From assembly GCA_964016885.1 (NCBI GenBank), contig OZ024754.1, forward strand, positions 10,354,001 to 10,418,000: a stretch of 64,000 bases of DNA, read 5' to 3'. The stretch's first letter is position 1, and every line of letters starts with the position of its first letter. The stretch comes from Eledone cirrhosa (Eukaryota). A program made the translations under genes and the position numbers. The notes beneath the pieces were generated by a model. That model had not been told where the DNA came from. It made no database searches and saw nothing but the letters and a program-made list of their open reading frames with translations. This document shows, piece by piece, positions 24,642-39,749 of this stretch.

Positions 24642-26879
24642 ATACATGTGCCATACCTAAAGGAATAATGTAAGAGTTAGTATCAGGAAGGGCATTCAGC
24701 CATAGAAGACCTGCTCAAAAGTCTTATCCTGACCAATGCAAGTATGGGAAAAGCAGATGTGATGATGATGATGTATTTATCTGTGTGTATGTATACACAC
24801 ACACATGTATATAGATAGGTAGGAAGGTAGATAGATAGATAAATAGATGTTTGTAACAACCAGAATATTTCTTAAATATTAATTACATACAAGCTGTCTG
24901 TCAAAAGATTACACTAATATAGCCTGTACTTGTGTGATATATATACGACATAACAGCTGCACTTTGCACAAAGATTTAAAGACCTTTTAGATGACAAACT
25001 GAGAGAAATTAGATGTAGCGTAATTGGATTTCAATTAGATTTTGACCTTCCACAGTCGACACCAATAACATCATGCAATGTTGACTAATATCTAAAACCC
25101 AATAATAAAAAAAAACTCTCTATGAAATTATATTCAAAAGAGGTTTCTTTAATCATGAAACATTACCAGCCTAACACACAATAAATAATTTTTTGATGGT
25201 ACAATAAGACTGGAATGAAAATGTTAGAAGTTAATAAAATGTGGTTAAATCAAACTCAGTCATGTTCTCTAATCTAAAGCAAGTGAGATATTATATAGTA
25301 ACTTTCACGCCATCATATACGCTGGCCTGTTTAGTGAGTGAATAAGTAAATTCCCATTTACTGAATGTGTTTTCTTATCAAATGACAACAAAAATAAAAT
25401 AAAATAAAAGCTGATAAAATGAAATATAAATTGTAAGTAATTCAATATTTTGAAGATTATGATATGTTGGTGGGAGAAAAAAAGATGTTTGCACTTTTAA
25501 TCAATTCATAAGAGAAGTGTTTTGATAATAATTATGTTTGAAGACACAGAAGGATACAATAAATGAAAGAAATTTAACTAACGGTTTCGAAAATTGTACA
25601 CCTTTGAGGTGCAGATAAATAGTATTAGGCATAAATCAAAATATATTGGCTAATTCAATAGAGTTCTATGACTGAAGAAAGCAAGCACTTACACCCATGT
25701 ACACACACACACACACACACATGTACATACACACACATGAACATACACACACACATGTACATACACACACATGAACATACACACACACACACATACATAC
25801 ACTCATATACATGTATATACGCACTGCCTTCAAAGAATACAAAATATAGCAAGCATCAATTTAATGCTTACAACCAACAATTAATGAAATTGAATACAAA
25901 AAGCTATTAATATTATACATCTTTGCAATTCATCCAAATTGAAAAGATTTTCATACACACAGTGCAACCCAATGCAAAAGAAGAACTTTAGTTGCACAAG
26001 TTTACACATCCTTTCCTGCAAAGAAACTTAACAAATAGTCAGAACAATTATACCTTTAATTTCAGAGAGAAAAAAAAAGACATTCAAAGAAAATTTAGAA
26101 AATATCCTGAAAGTGTTTGCAGGAAAGAAGATAATAAAATATGAAAAACTATAAAAGAAGATGAGAAAGGATTGTTTGAATGGAGTATATCTGACTGACA
26201 AACTGGCAATTACCTACAAGTCAGCATCTCATATAGAGATCTTGTGTGTGTATGTTTGGAATAGTGTGTGTGGGTGGGTGGAAGTGTGTGTGTGGGGGTG
26301 GGTGGAAGTGCGTGTTTGTGTGTGGGTGGAAGTGTGTGTGGGGGTGGGGGATGCACGTGTGTATGCGGAAGTATATGTGTGTGGAAGTGCACGTGTGTAT
26401 GTGAAAGTATGTGTGTGTGGAAGGATGTGTGTACATGGAAGTGAGTGTGTGTGTGTGTATGTGGAAGAGTATGTGTGTGTGTGTGTGTGTGTGTGTGGAA
26501 GTGTGTGTGTGTGGAAGTGTGTGTGAAAGTGTATGTATGTGGAAGTGTGTGTGTGTGAAAGTGTATGTATGTGTGTGGAAGTGTGTGTGTGTGTGTGTGG
26601 AAGTATGTGTGTGTGTGTGCGTGAAAGTGTGTGTGTGTGTGTGCGTGTGTGTGGAAGTGTATGTACACAAGTCTCTTACATTTCAAGTTGGCCAAAGATA
26701 AAACCCCCCAAAAGATTCTGAAGAAGAACTATTCTGGAATGTTCTAGTTCTATGTTGACGGCATCATATAGTTAGCTAAATAGGGAATTGTTCTAAAATT
26801 ATTCTGAAGAATTGAATAAAATGATGGCTGTATTAAGTTCTTGCGTGGGCAATGGTAAGTCATAGGGAGTTATATTGAT

Positions 26880-27320
26880 GAAAAAAAGATCTAGATGGGT
26901 GATGGAAAAAGATCTAGAGTGATGGAAAAGATCTAGAGTGATAGGAAAAGATCTAGAGTGATGGACAAAGATCTAGAGTGATGGACAAAGATCTAGAGTG
27001 ATGGACAAAGATCTAGAGTGATGGACAAAGATCTAGTGTGATGGACAAAGATCTAGAGTGATGGACAAAGATCTAGAGTGATGGACAAAGATCTAGAGTG
27101 ATGGACAAATATCTTGAGTGATGGAAAAAGACCTTGAGTGATGGAAAAAGACCTTGAGTGATGGAAAAAGATCTTGAGTGATGGAAAAAGATCTTGAGTG
27201 ATGGAAAAAGATCTTGAGTGATGGAAAAAGATCTTGAGTGATGGAAAAGATCTTGAGTGATGGAAAAGATCCTGATGAGTGATGAAAAAGATCATGATGG
27301 GTGATGAAAAAGATCTAGAA
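26880..27320. repeat. 20-bp minisatellite (about 21 copies)
   Basis: gatggacaaagatctagagt grading into gatggaaaaagatcttgagt. Confidence 0.95.
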
Positions 27321-28348
27321 TGGTCATAGCTGGACTAAAAACATAATAGGGTGTGGTGGTGAGGAGGGAGTAGCCCCTCTAACAACCTCCTTCATAAATA
27401 GGAGCTGAAAATAGAAACGGAATCATCGAGATCAGTTACTGTACCATGTTGGACCAATATAAAATACTGTTCTCCAAATATTTCAGAAAAACCATGAAGC
27501 AGTAAATACAAGAGACATACAAGAGACATACATGGAAAATATCATTTGATTATACAATTCCTATTTGATACTGGGTTTATCAATGTTCTGTCAAATTACT
27601 AAAGATGAGAACTGTCAAAAAACTAACAGAAAACAACAACAAACAACAACAAAAAACAAAAAAAAACATGCAATACATCACAATCCATTAACTAAAACAG
27701 CAAGTGATTTTTCAATATTGCCAAAGAAAAAAACCAAAGAAAAAAACCAAAAAAAAAAACCAAAAAAAAACAAAAAAAATGTTTTCAAAATACAACTAGA
27801 AATGCTGTAAAGTGAATTTCTAGTCTAGAAGATATCAATAAAGATGAGATAGAGCAGTGATGAAATATGTAAGATGTTGAATGGTGCTACCACAAGGTGA
27901 AGTGAAATACAACTAATGTCAACATGAAGAAAGAGAGAACACTTGTCAGATATAATTATTCTTCAATTATGAGAAAAGAATTATATAGAAATGAAAGATG
28001 AAGAAACATGAAAGATATTAAGAAAAGCTTTTATTTCCTTCTATCTTTACTGTAGTCAATTTATCACAAATGGTAACAATAGGAAATATTTATATATTAT
28101 CAAACGCCAAATGAGGCTATATTTATTGTCTCAGATAATACAACATGGCAGAGGACTGCCTCTTCATTCTGAAACTTATTGGCCATCACCTGAGTAACTG
28201 ATGAAGGACTGAAACTGAAACTATCTCAGCTGACACATATGGAGCTGACCCCCCCCCCCCCCCCCCCACTCTCTGTCTCTCTCTGTTGGACCTCTGTTGA
28301 TTTCAATAATTGCACCAGTTGATTCAATCTATGGAACTTGCTATTAAA

Positions 28349-28565
28349 TTAACCCCTTAGCATTTAAACCGAGCATATCCGGTCAGAATTCTCTCACCCC
28401 CTTTCTGTTCAAACCAACTGTAACTATCCATTCATACTTATGTTTAGGTATTGTTCTCAAAATAAATCTCATAGAAATCTCATAGATTCGATATTATGTG
28501 AGATAAAGCCTTTACCATGAAAATTCAATAGTAAATATAGAGTAATGGAAATACTAGAGGGATAA
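28349..28565. mobile_element. MITE P1
   Basis: TTAAccccttagcatttaaacc..gaattctctcacc..; the right TIR is degenerate. Confidence 0.8.
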
Positions 28566-28977
28566 AGTACAAGTAAGCAATTGAGCATTCCACAGACATG
28601 TGTAGCCTTATAGTTTTCAGGGAGATTCAGCATGACACATTGTATGACAAGGTATATGACTCACTTTTTGCCAGCTGAGAGGACTGGTGCAATGTAAAAA
28701 ATAAAGTAACTTGTTCAAGGACCACAATGCATCATTCACAGCTTCACAATGGTGAGTTGACCACCCTAACTATTAAATGATACATCTTCACATATACACA
28801 CACTTATGATTATGATGATGACAATCAAGAAATGCCTTCCAAGGCATAGATTAATGTTTAGAATATGGAGACAAACTCAATCTAAATACAGTTCAAGGCG
28901 GAAATAGATTAAAATTAGGATTTGAACAATCAAAATTGTATATTCTCACACTTGTGATTCTTTGCCAAACTGCCTGT

Positions 28978-29313
28978 ATCATCATCATCATTTTACGTCC
29001 GCCCTTCCCTGCTTGCAAGGGTGGGACGGGAACTGATTCTGGCTCGATTTCTACAGCTGGATGCCCTTCCTAACACCAACCTCATTTACAGTGAGTGCTG
29101 GGTGCTTTTTTTCTGTGGCACCTCCACGACCACTTTGCAGTGGAATGATAGGGACTGGGGTCCCTATCATCTCATTTCTACAGCTGAGTAAACTGGAGCA
29201 ATGTGAAATAAAGTGTCTTGCTCAAGGAAACAACACATCACCCGGTCTGAGAATTGAACTCACAACCTTTCGATTGCAAGGCCAATGCTCTAACCACTAA
29301 GCCATGTGCCTCC
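28978..29313 (-). mobile_element. Full-length SINE family A
   Basis: Reverse complement is near-identical to 24304-24641. Confidence 0.9.
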
Positions 29314-29899
29314 ACATATATATATATAACTAAGGAGGTGTAGTAAGGACCATAACGCACCAGAGTACTCAATACTTAGGGTAGTAGAGTGGGTAATAGG
29401 AAAATGCTTGACCCCGACGGCAGAGCTCAAGCCGTTTTGACGGCTATTTCTGGACTCAGAGTCCAGAAATAGACATGTATGTGTGTGTGTATGTATGTAT
29501 GTGTGTATGTATATATGTATGTGTGTATGTATATATGTATGTATATATGTATGTATATATGTATGTATATATGTATGTATATATGTATGTATATGTATGT
29601 ATGTATATGTATGTATGTGTGTGTGTATGTATGTGTGTGTGTATGTATGTGTGTGTGTATGTATGTGTGTGTGTATGTATATGTGTGTATGTATATGTGT
29701 GTATGTATATGTGTGTATGTATGTGTGTGTGTATGTATGTGTGTATGTATGTGTGTGTATGTATGTGTGTGTATGTATGTGCGTGTGTATGTATGTGTGT
29801 GTGTTTTTTTTTGGGGGGCGGGGCATGTAACTCTTAGTAGAGTCGTAGGTGTGCTTTAGTGACAGTATTTCTTGAGCATTTGGGACTCCCTGCCTATGA

Positions 29900-30306
29900 A
29901 ATTAATGTGCAAGTGGCTGAGCATTCCACAGACATATGTAGAGTTAATGTAATTCTCAGAGAAATTCAGCATGCCACAGTGTATAGCAAGGCTGACCCTT
30001 TGATTTACAGGTATAGTCCATCAAACAGCTTTAACATAATTCTCAGGGAGATTCAACTTAACACAGTGTGTGACAAGGCTGATCCTTTGAATTACAGGTA
30101 CAGTCCACCCAACACCTTTATCATACTTCTCAGGGAGATTCAACTTAACACAGTGTGTGACATGGCTGACTCTTTGAATTACAGGTACAATCCATCTGGT
30201 GGGTTTCCACACAGTTTCTGTCTACCAAATTTCACTCAGAAGGCACGGGTTGTCCTGAATTCAGGCTGCAATGATTGCAAAGTGAACTCCTTAACCATTA
30301 GGCCAT
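29900..30306 (-). mobile_element. Composite degenerate SINE with an internal approximately 87-bp triplication
   Basis: tRNA-like head at the right end (catggcctaatggttaagg on the minus strand). The unit ttctcagggagattca..gacaaggctga..ttacaggta is repeated three times. A related degenerate copy lies at 28575-28790. Confidence 0.6.
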
Positions 30307-31775
30307 GTTACATCTACCCAAGTTCATATATACCTTATGAAAATGGCTCCAAATAAGAAACCTGTTGGTTAGTCTGTTTTTTTTTTTTTTTATTTTATTA
30401 AGAATAATTTTAAAATAATGAGACATTCTTATTCTTAGAAACTCATTAACTACAGATATTGATTGATGAACAGGCCAAGAGATGCTGGGTATGGGGAGAC
30501 GAGGGAATGTGGAAATCTATTTAAATATGATAATGAATGGGTGCACAGGTGTATGTATGTGTATGTGTACACATGTATGAGCATGTGTGTGCATATGTAT
30601 GTGCATGTGTGTGCATGAGTGCATGTGTTGTTTTTTGGATGAGGGGTGTTTCTTAGTGTGTGAACATAGATGAGAGATTGTGTGGGTGTGTGGGTGTGTG
30701 TGGGTGGGTGTATGAATGTGTGTGATAGGGGTGGGGTAGGGGTGTGTGTTATCATATGTGCTGTTGTAACTAAGAATGAAATGTTTTGTTACTGGGTAGA
30801 CACAGAAGCAGGTAAACAAATGCAGTTATTTGAAGTGTCATTGCTGTTGTAGTATCGGTGGAGCATTAGACAACATACTTTGTAGCACAGAGTTATGTCC
30901 CTTTACGTTCTGAGTTCAAATCCCCAAAGACAAAGAAAGAAATGGGTGGAGAGGACATACCCAAAATGTACCCAGGATACACCCAGGTTCTGTGCAATTC
31001 AAGCACGAGGGAGTAGGTTGTGACTAACAGAAAGACTGATGCTAAGACAACATAAAGATGATTGAAGAAATATACCAAAACATCCATCCATGCAAACAGA
31101 CAGACAGACACATACACACATACAGACACAGACACACACACAGGTATACACAGGGTGTTTCTACAAAGTATCTTTATTTGACAATAGTAACAATCAGTCA
31201 AAAATTTAGAAGAGGGTTGTTTGAGTTTGAAATGTTAAGCTAAAATGGAGATATATTAACACCTTTGATACCAAAGCACCAGAAACCAACTCTGGTTCTA
31301 TGATACAAAACTATTTCTTTTAATGTGTTTATATATTTATCTAAAACCATTTCATCATAATTTTATGAAAGAACCTTTGTTCTTTGTTAAGGTATGGATG
31401 TTGTTGATGCTGTTGTGAGTGTTCTATAAGGTTTCCCTCTATATACAGGTATTGAAATTTCAAATGGAGGAGGGGGGCTATGGCAGTATTAAACTGCAAA
31501 TATATTCTTAGTTTCGTGTGAATCCACATAATATTGAGCTTGATTTTCTAATATATTTATTTATATCTTGCTATTCAATTCTGCCTGAAAAATGCCTTAT
31601 AGTTCCTGAATTTTAAATTTCTAATAAGATTAACCATTTTTTAATGAAACCGCCCTGCTAATATGTATTAATTAATTTGGAAAATTTGAAGAATTTAATG
31701 AGATAACTAACTGTTTCATTAATAAGCTAATGTTTGAAACATTATTTAACAAATATTTCTTAAATAAAATTATGA

Positions 31776-31969
31776 TACAGTGAAATTCCGTTATAACAAA
31801 ATTCAAAGGGTATAAAAAGAAATTTGTTGTAACGAAAAATTCCTTATAAGGAGATTGACAAAAATAAATCAAGCGCCTGTTTGTTATTACCTTGAGGATT
31901 GAATAAAAAAAATTGTTATACTGAAAAATTCATTATAATGGTATTCGTTGTAACAGAATTTTACCTGTA
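31776..31969. mobile_element. Tigger/pogo-like MITE
   Basis: TA-cagtgaaattccgttataacaa ... ttcgttgtaacagaattttacctg-TA: imperfect TIRs starting CAG, with a TA duplication. Confidence 0.75.
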
Positions 31970-32512
31970 GAAGATCTTAATATAGGTACAAACATTTTAA
32001 AATGGGCTCTTGTGTAACACAAAACCTGGGCAGTTTCAAGCAAGTTGGTATAAAAAAAAAGTTAAATAGTTTATTATAAAATCTACAGACAAACATCCAC
32101 AAAAGAAATGAGAAAGACAAAGGAGGAATATGAAAATAGACTGAGAAAAAAGCAATTTTAGTTGCACATATTTCTGCATAGTGAGAGTATGGTTAGATAA
32201 TATAAAAGATAAAGAGATGTGTTTGTGGTGTGTTAAGAAACGGCTACACTTTATTTCAAGACTGTATAAATTAAATATTTGGTCTGAGTGTTAAGTCCCA
32301 AGAGAATAAAGACACAAGATCTGATAGACTTTTTCTTCTTTTCAAGTGGAATATAGCTGAAACGACACATACATTCAAACACATATAGACACATATAGGA
32401 GAGAGAGGAGAGAGTCATCATCATTGTTTTTTGCATACTTGTGTATATGTACATATATGAATATATATATATATATAGATAGATATATATATATATCTAT
32501 ATCTATATATAT

Positions 32513-32568
<56 letters not shown>

Positions 32569-34116
32569 ATATACACATGCATACGTACATAGGCACACAC
32601 ATACATTTATATGTAAATATATATATACATATGTCTGTGTGTGTGTATGTGTAGATATATATATACACACTCACACATTTATACACACACACACAATCAC
32701 AAACATTCAACTGCAAGGAACATTTTCACAAACTCCACCATCACACCTCCCACCACACCATCTCCCACCACACCACCACACCACCTCACCACCTCACCAC
32801 CACACCACCTCCCACCACACCACCTCACCACCACACCACATTACTTCTCCATTTTGAAACACAGACTCCACAATATAGACATACAGACCTGATAGCAGAC
32901 ACAGCAACAACAACACATGTCTGCAACCAGGAAAATACCATGTAAAACAAACAAAGAGGTAAACAAACACCACCACCATCCACCCACCACCACCACCACC
33001 ACTACTACCATCCACCACCACCACCACCACTACCATCCACCACCATCCACCACCACCACAACCACCACTACCATCCACCACCATCCACCACCACCACAAC
33101 CACCACTACCATCCACCACCACCACTACCATCCACCACCACCACTACCATCCACCACCACCATCCACCACCACCACTACCATCCACCACAACCACCACTA
33201 CTACCATCCACAACCCACCACCACCACTACCATCCACCACCACCACCACCATCCACCACAACCACCACCCACCACCCACCATCCACCACCACTCACCACC
33301 ACCACCACCACCACCATCCACCACCACCACTACCATCCACCACCACCACCACTACCATCCACCACCACCACAACCACCACCACCACCACCACCACCATCC
33401 ACCACCACCACCACCACCACAACCACCACCACAACCATCCACCACCACTACCATCCACCACCACTACCATCCACCACCACTACCACCACCACTACCATCC
33501 ACCACCACCACTACCATCCACCACAACCACCACTACTACCATCCACAACCCACCACGACCACTACCATCCACCACAACCACAACCACCCACCACCCACCA
33601 CCCACCACCACTCACCACCCACCATCCACCACCACTCACCACCACCACCATCCACCACCACCACTACCATCCACCACCCACCACCACCACAACCACCACC
33701 ACCACCACCACCACCACCACAACCACCACCACCACCACTACCATCCACCACCACTACCACCACCACTACCATCCACCACCACCACCACAACCACCACCAC
33801 CACTACCATCCACCACCCACCACCACCACCACTGTTCTCCTTCCTCCCACCAACCTAGCTCCAGTAATAGAGAGGAGTTAGAGAATCTCACCAGAACTGG
33901 TAATACTGAGAGAGGAGTGTGAGTGGCACTAGGGTGAGTGGCACTAGGGTGAGTGGCACTAGGGTGAGGACAGGATTTGAAGTACAAGTGGATACTATAT
34001 ATTCTAGAAAGTCAGGTGTGTATGTGTGTGTGTGTATGTATATATATATATATATATATATATTTATACACCTACATACATATATATTTATATATATACA
34101 CAAATATATATATGTG

Positions 34117-34158
<42 letters not shown>

Positions 34159-34637
34159 AACACATACATATATATATATATACAAACATATTTATATATA
34201 TATATCTATCTATCTATCTATACAAACACATATATATATATATCTATCTATATATACAAACACATATATATATATATTTATATATACAAACACATATATA
34301 TATATATTTATATATACAAACACATATATATATATATTTATATATACAAACACATATATATATATATTTATATATACAAACACATATATATATATATTTA
34401 TATATACAAACACATATATATATATTTATATATACAAACACATATATATATATATATTTATATATACAAACACATATATATATATATATATTTATATATA
34501 CAAACACATATATATATATATTTATATATACAAACACACACATATATATATATACAAACATATATATATATATACATACAAACATATATATATATATATA
34601 TACAAACATATATATATATTTATATACATACACACAC

Positions 34638-34668
<31 letters not shown>

Positions 34669-34779
34669 TTTATATATATGCACATATATATATTTATATA
34701 CACACATATATATATTTATATACACACATATATATATTTATATACACACACATTTATATATATATACACACATATTTAT

Positions 34780-34829
<50 letters not shown>

Positions 34830-34870
34830 TCATCATCATCATTGTTGTTTAACGTCCATCTTCAATGCTA

Positions 34871-34919
<49 letters not shown>

Positions 34920-35629
34920 CACACACACTCACAACTACACACACACACACAGAGACAGACACACAGAATAACAAAAAACAGAATTCTTTAAAGAAAGTGA
35001 CTAAATTTCTGAAAACAGGGGGAGGGGATGAGGCCCTTCCCTCTCTTCAAGTGATCCAAAGTTGGCTGGCTAGTTGGCTGGCTGGGGAAAGATGCTAAAA
35101 TGTAACCAACAGTGCCTAACTCTAAAGAGTGTAGTGACCAACCATTTTGGCAAAGAATATACAGCAGATATGAGATTTCAGTTCCAGTATGCAGATACCA
35201 TATAAAGTCTCTACTAACTTTATGGACAAATCTTAGTAGGAATCAACATCCTGCTATTAACAGCTATATTGCACATTAGCTCATATTTAATGTGGACAGT
35301 GAGGAGAGAAGAAGAGAGAGAGAGAAGGAGAGAGGGGCTGAGATAGAGACAGACAGACAGACAGAGATATAAAAATATACAAAGGAGGAGACGATAAAGA
35401 AAGGAAATTAGAAGAGAGAAGAGAAGATTAGGAAGAGATAGAGATATAGATATGTCCAAAAGAAAATGGAGAGATTGGGTTGATAGAAAGAGAGGAGGGG
35501 GAGAACAAGAGAGAGGGTGAAAGGGAAACTGAGGGTGAAAGAGAGAGAAAAGAGTAACAGAGAGATGGAGAAAACCTGATTAAAACTAACCAAAAGAAAA
35601 ATATAGATAAAGGGAGAAAGAAGGAGGAT

Positions 35630-36560
35630 GAAAGAATGAGAGAATAAGGGAGAATGAATGAATGGGGGTGAATGAAAGAATGGGGGAAGATGAGAGAATG
35701 AGGGAATATGAGAGAATGAGGGAATATGAGAGAATGAGGGAATGAGAGAATGAAGGAAGATGAGAGAATGAGGGAAGATGAGAGAATGAGGGAAGATGAG
35801 AGAATGAGGGAATATGAGAGAATGAGGGAAGATGAGAGAATGAGGGAATATGAGAGAATGAGAGAATGAGAGAATGAGGGAAGATGAGAGAATGAGGGAA
35901 GATGAGAGAATGAGGGAAGATGAGAGAATGAGGGAAGATGAGAGAATGAGGGAATATGAGAGAATGAGGGAATATGAGAGAATGAGGGAAGATGAGAGAA
36001 TGAGGGAAGATGAGAGAATGAGGGAATATGAGAGACTGAGGGAATATGAGAGAATGAGGGAATATGAGAGAATGAGGGAATATGAGAGAATGAGAGAATA
36101 TGAGAGAATGAGAGAAGATGAGAGAATGAGGGAATATGAGAGAATGAGGGAATATGAGAGAATGGGGGAAGATGAGAGAATGGGGGAAGATGAGAGAATG
36201 AGAGAATATGAGAGAATGAGGGAAGATGAGAGAATGAGGGAAGATGAGAGAATGAGGGAAGATGAGAGAATGAGGGAAGATGAGAGAATGAGGGAATGAG
36301 AGAATGAGGGAAGATGAGAGAATGAGGGAATATGAGAGAATGAGGGAAGATGAGAGAATGAGGGAAGATGAGAGAATGAGGGAAGATGAGAGAATGAGGG
36401 AAGATGAGAGAGTGAGAGAATATGAGAGAATGAGGGAAGATGAGAGAATGAGGGAATATGACAGAATGAGGGAATATGACAGAATGAAGGAGGATGAGAG
36501 AGAATGAGATAATATGAGAAAATGAAGGAATAAGAAAGAATAGGAGAGAGTGAGGGAGGA
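35630..36560. repeat. 18-bp purine-rich minisatellite (about 45-50 copies)
   Basis: gagaatgagggaa(g/t)atga. Confidence 0.95.
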
Positions 36561-36864
36561 TAAGAGATTGAGGGAAAATGAGAGAATCAAAGAGGTTTAG
36601 AGAAGAACGAGAGAGAATGAGTATTAAATTGCATAAGAAACAGATACTCAAACCAAAACAAAATAAAATAAATAAATGAAATATTAAATTCTCTGTTAGA
36701 ATCTATTCAGCAGAGAAACCTCACAAAAAACAATAACATTCCATTTTATTCATATTCCAGCTATAATAATTCTCCCATTTACCATAGCAAATAGAATCTG
36801 TTATATTCTGAACAGGTGAAATGAAAATAGGCTCAAATCAACTTTGAATGTGTGATTCAAATAC

Positions 36865-37650
36865 CACATATATAGGCCACACTGGTAGATAGGTTGTACC
36901 CCATATACTTGTATATAAGCAACCCTGGTAGATAGGGTGTACCCCATATACTTGTATATAGGCCACACTGGTAGATAGGTTGTACCCCATATACTTGTAT
37001 ATAAGCAACATTGGTAGATATGTTGTACCACATATACTTGTATATAAGTAACATTGGTAGATAGGTTGTACCCCATATACATATATATAGGCAACAATGG
37101 TAGATAGGTTGTACCCCATATACTTATATATAGGCCACATTGGTAGATAGGTTGTACCCCATATACTTGTATATAAGCAACATTGGTAGATATGTTGTAC
37201 CACATATACTTGTATATAAGCAACACTGGTAGATAGGGTGTACACCATATACTTGTATATAAGCAACACCGGTAGATAGGTTGTACCCCATATTCTTGTA
37301 TATAAGCAACACCGGTAGATAGGTTGTACCCCATATTCTTGTATATAAGCAACACTGGTAGGTAGATAGCACCACATATACTCCTATATAAGTCATACTG
37401 GTAGATATGTTGCACTCTCATATACTCGTATATAAGTAACACTGGTAGATAGGTTGCACCCCATATACTCGTGTATAAGCCTTACTGTAGGTAGTTTGTA
37501 CTGCATATACTCATGTAAAAATCACACCAGTAGATAAGATGCACCTCATATACTCATATATAAGGTACATTGACCTAAGTCACACAGCATATACTCGTGT
37601 ATAAGGCACACCAGAAATTAAGTTGCACCACATATACTTGAGTATAAGTC
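36865..37650. repeat. 43-bp tandem array (about 18 copies, decaying rightwards)
   Basis: cactggtagataggttgtaccccatatacttgtatataagcaa, period 43. Confidence 0.9.
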
Positions 37651-39749
37651 ACAGATAGAGACAGAAAGGTAGAAGCTATGAGGTTAAAGACAGCATTAGT
37701 AATATAAATATCAGTGAACTAGCTAGCTTAGTCAGCTCCAAATCATAGATTGTTGACAAATCATAAAGGTGTGTGTGGGTGTGGGTGGGTGGGTGTGGGT
37801 GTGTGTGTGTGTGGCGGGGGGGGTCCATCCATCTGTGTGTCCCAACCGTCCATGTGTGTGTGTCCCTGTCTGTGTCCACCTGTATGTGTGTCCGTCTGTA
37901 TGTGTGTGTATCCATCTGTATGTGTGTGTATCCGTCTGTATGTGTGTGTATCCGTCTGTATGTGTGTGTGTGTATCCGTCTGTGTGTGTGTGTGTGTGTG
38001 TCCATCTGTGTGCGTGTGTGTCCGTGTCCTCCAATGTGAGAAATTCTATGGAGAAAAGCCAAAAATCATTTTCTTTGAAGTAAAAAAAAAAATCTCTCGA
38101 TACAATGCTATAAAATCTGCTCATTTATTCATTAACTAACTACAAAATAACAACTCTAGTCTAAAGTCGAGAGCAAATTACCAGGTAAATGCAAAGTAGA
38201 TGTTCATATCCAGCCATTATTGCTGAGCTGTTTAGTGCCATTTCAGTCCTTTTCTTCAAAAGAATCAATTCTATTCTGATTGTATCAAGTTGTATTTTGG
38301 TTAGATTTGATACGCCTGATTTTATAATTATCCCTTTGTTTTGAGAGGGAGATGAAGCTGAAATTGGCAACATCACTATCTGGTTTGAACAGGAATAACA
38401 ATAACAAGTAGTTTATTTCTGTTAAACTATTCAGACGCAAATAAACCTCACATTTCTATTTCACTATAATAAGTCTATATAATCCCTTTGGCTGCAGCAG
38501 AAAATTTGTATCATTAACATATAAATTCAATGTCATCTATTGATAAGTGAGCTAGCTATATGCAGGAGGTTATTTTGGCTATAGACGGATCACAGATTTG
38601 CTGGCAAAGAGACAAACAGATAAAAGACCCTCAAATACTTCTCTCTTTCATCGTTAATAAAATTCAAATTTTCCTCACCCCCACCCTCACCACTGCTGCC
38701 ATCAACATCGTCATTATCATTAACATAACAACCATTAAGTTTTCCATTTTCATGAATCACCGTCACCGTCATCATCATCATCATCATCACCATCATCATC
38801 ATCAGAACAACCAACAACTTTTCATTCAAAATTATGTTGATTAGATTCATAGATTTTATGTTGCTGATTTAAAAACGTTATACATTTTACCCTCCATAAA
38901 ATATCCTACTTTTCAATTCCTATAGGAGTTGGACAAATTTTGTTTTTATTAAATCTCTGGGCCAGTTACCTAGCATTAACAAAACAAATTGGCTGGAATT
39001 GATCTAAGGAATGATTTCAATCACAATAAAAAGACAAAATGAAAACTATTTACACATTCCACAACTTCCCAACCCCTCCCGTTAACTGAACCTAAAATTA
39101 ACCCCTTTCATAACAGACAGCCTGAAACAACTCATATTTGTACAGTGTGTAGAATGTTAATATTTATCCGACATAATGGAAGTGGGGGGATGCTGTACAG
39201 AGAAGGAACCATCCAACCCAAGCAAGGATGAAACAAAAGATATAAAATGATAATGATGATATTGATATTGATGATAATTCTATTCTTTGGTAAGTTAAAT
39301 CTTTCATTACCATATTTCTAATGAAATACACATCAAATTAATTAATGAAGAATTTGGAAAGATTTACTAAAAGTATTAATTATATGGTTAAGGAAATATT
39401 TATAACATAAGTAAAAATATATGTTCTGCAAAGGAGTGTCTGAGGTTCTGTGAAAAAAGGTAGAGCAGTATATTTATATTACAACTATATAACAGTATTA
39501 GACTTTGGGTTCCCACAAAAGTTTCTGAACCAAAAAGGGTTCTGTGTTTGAAAAAGCTTAGGAAACCCTGATTTAAACCATCCCTACTTACAATAAGACT
39601 ATTGGAGCTAATGAATATTTAATAGAACCATTCTGTGACTGAAACTTACCATCTAGATCTATCTTTGGTGGCAATTACAACTGATGTAAAGAAAGAAAAT
39701 ACAAGACTTCATATTCTCCTCAATAGAATAATAATAATAATAATAATAA

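Noticed and set aside
32889-32920. Cys-string exon (MCCCCCVCYQ), STREX-like
   Set aside because: Derived from (TGT)n, with a weak donor, and not frame-preserving.
32917-33858. His/Pro/Thr-rich 313-aa ORF
   Set aside because: Translation of (CCA)n low-complexity DNA.
35428-36651. MREDER / SFSHLP repeat proteins
   Set aside because: Artefacts of an 18-bp minisatellite that is open on both strands.
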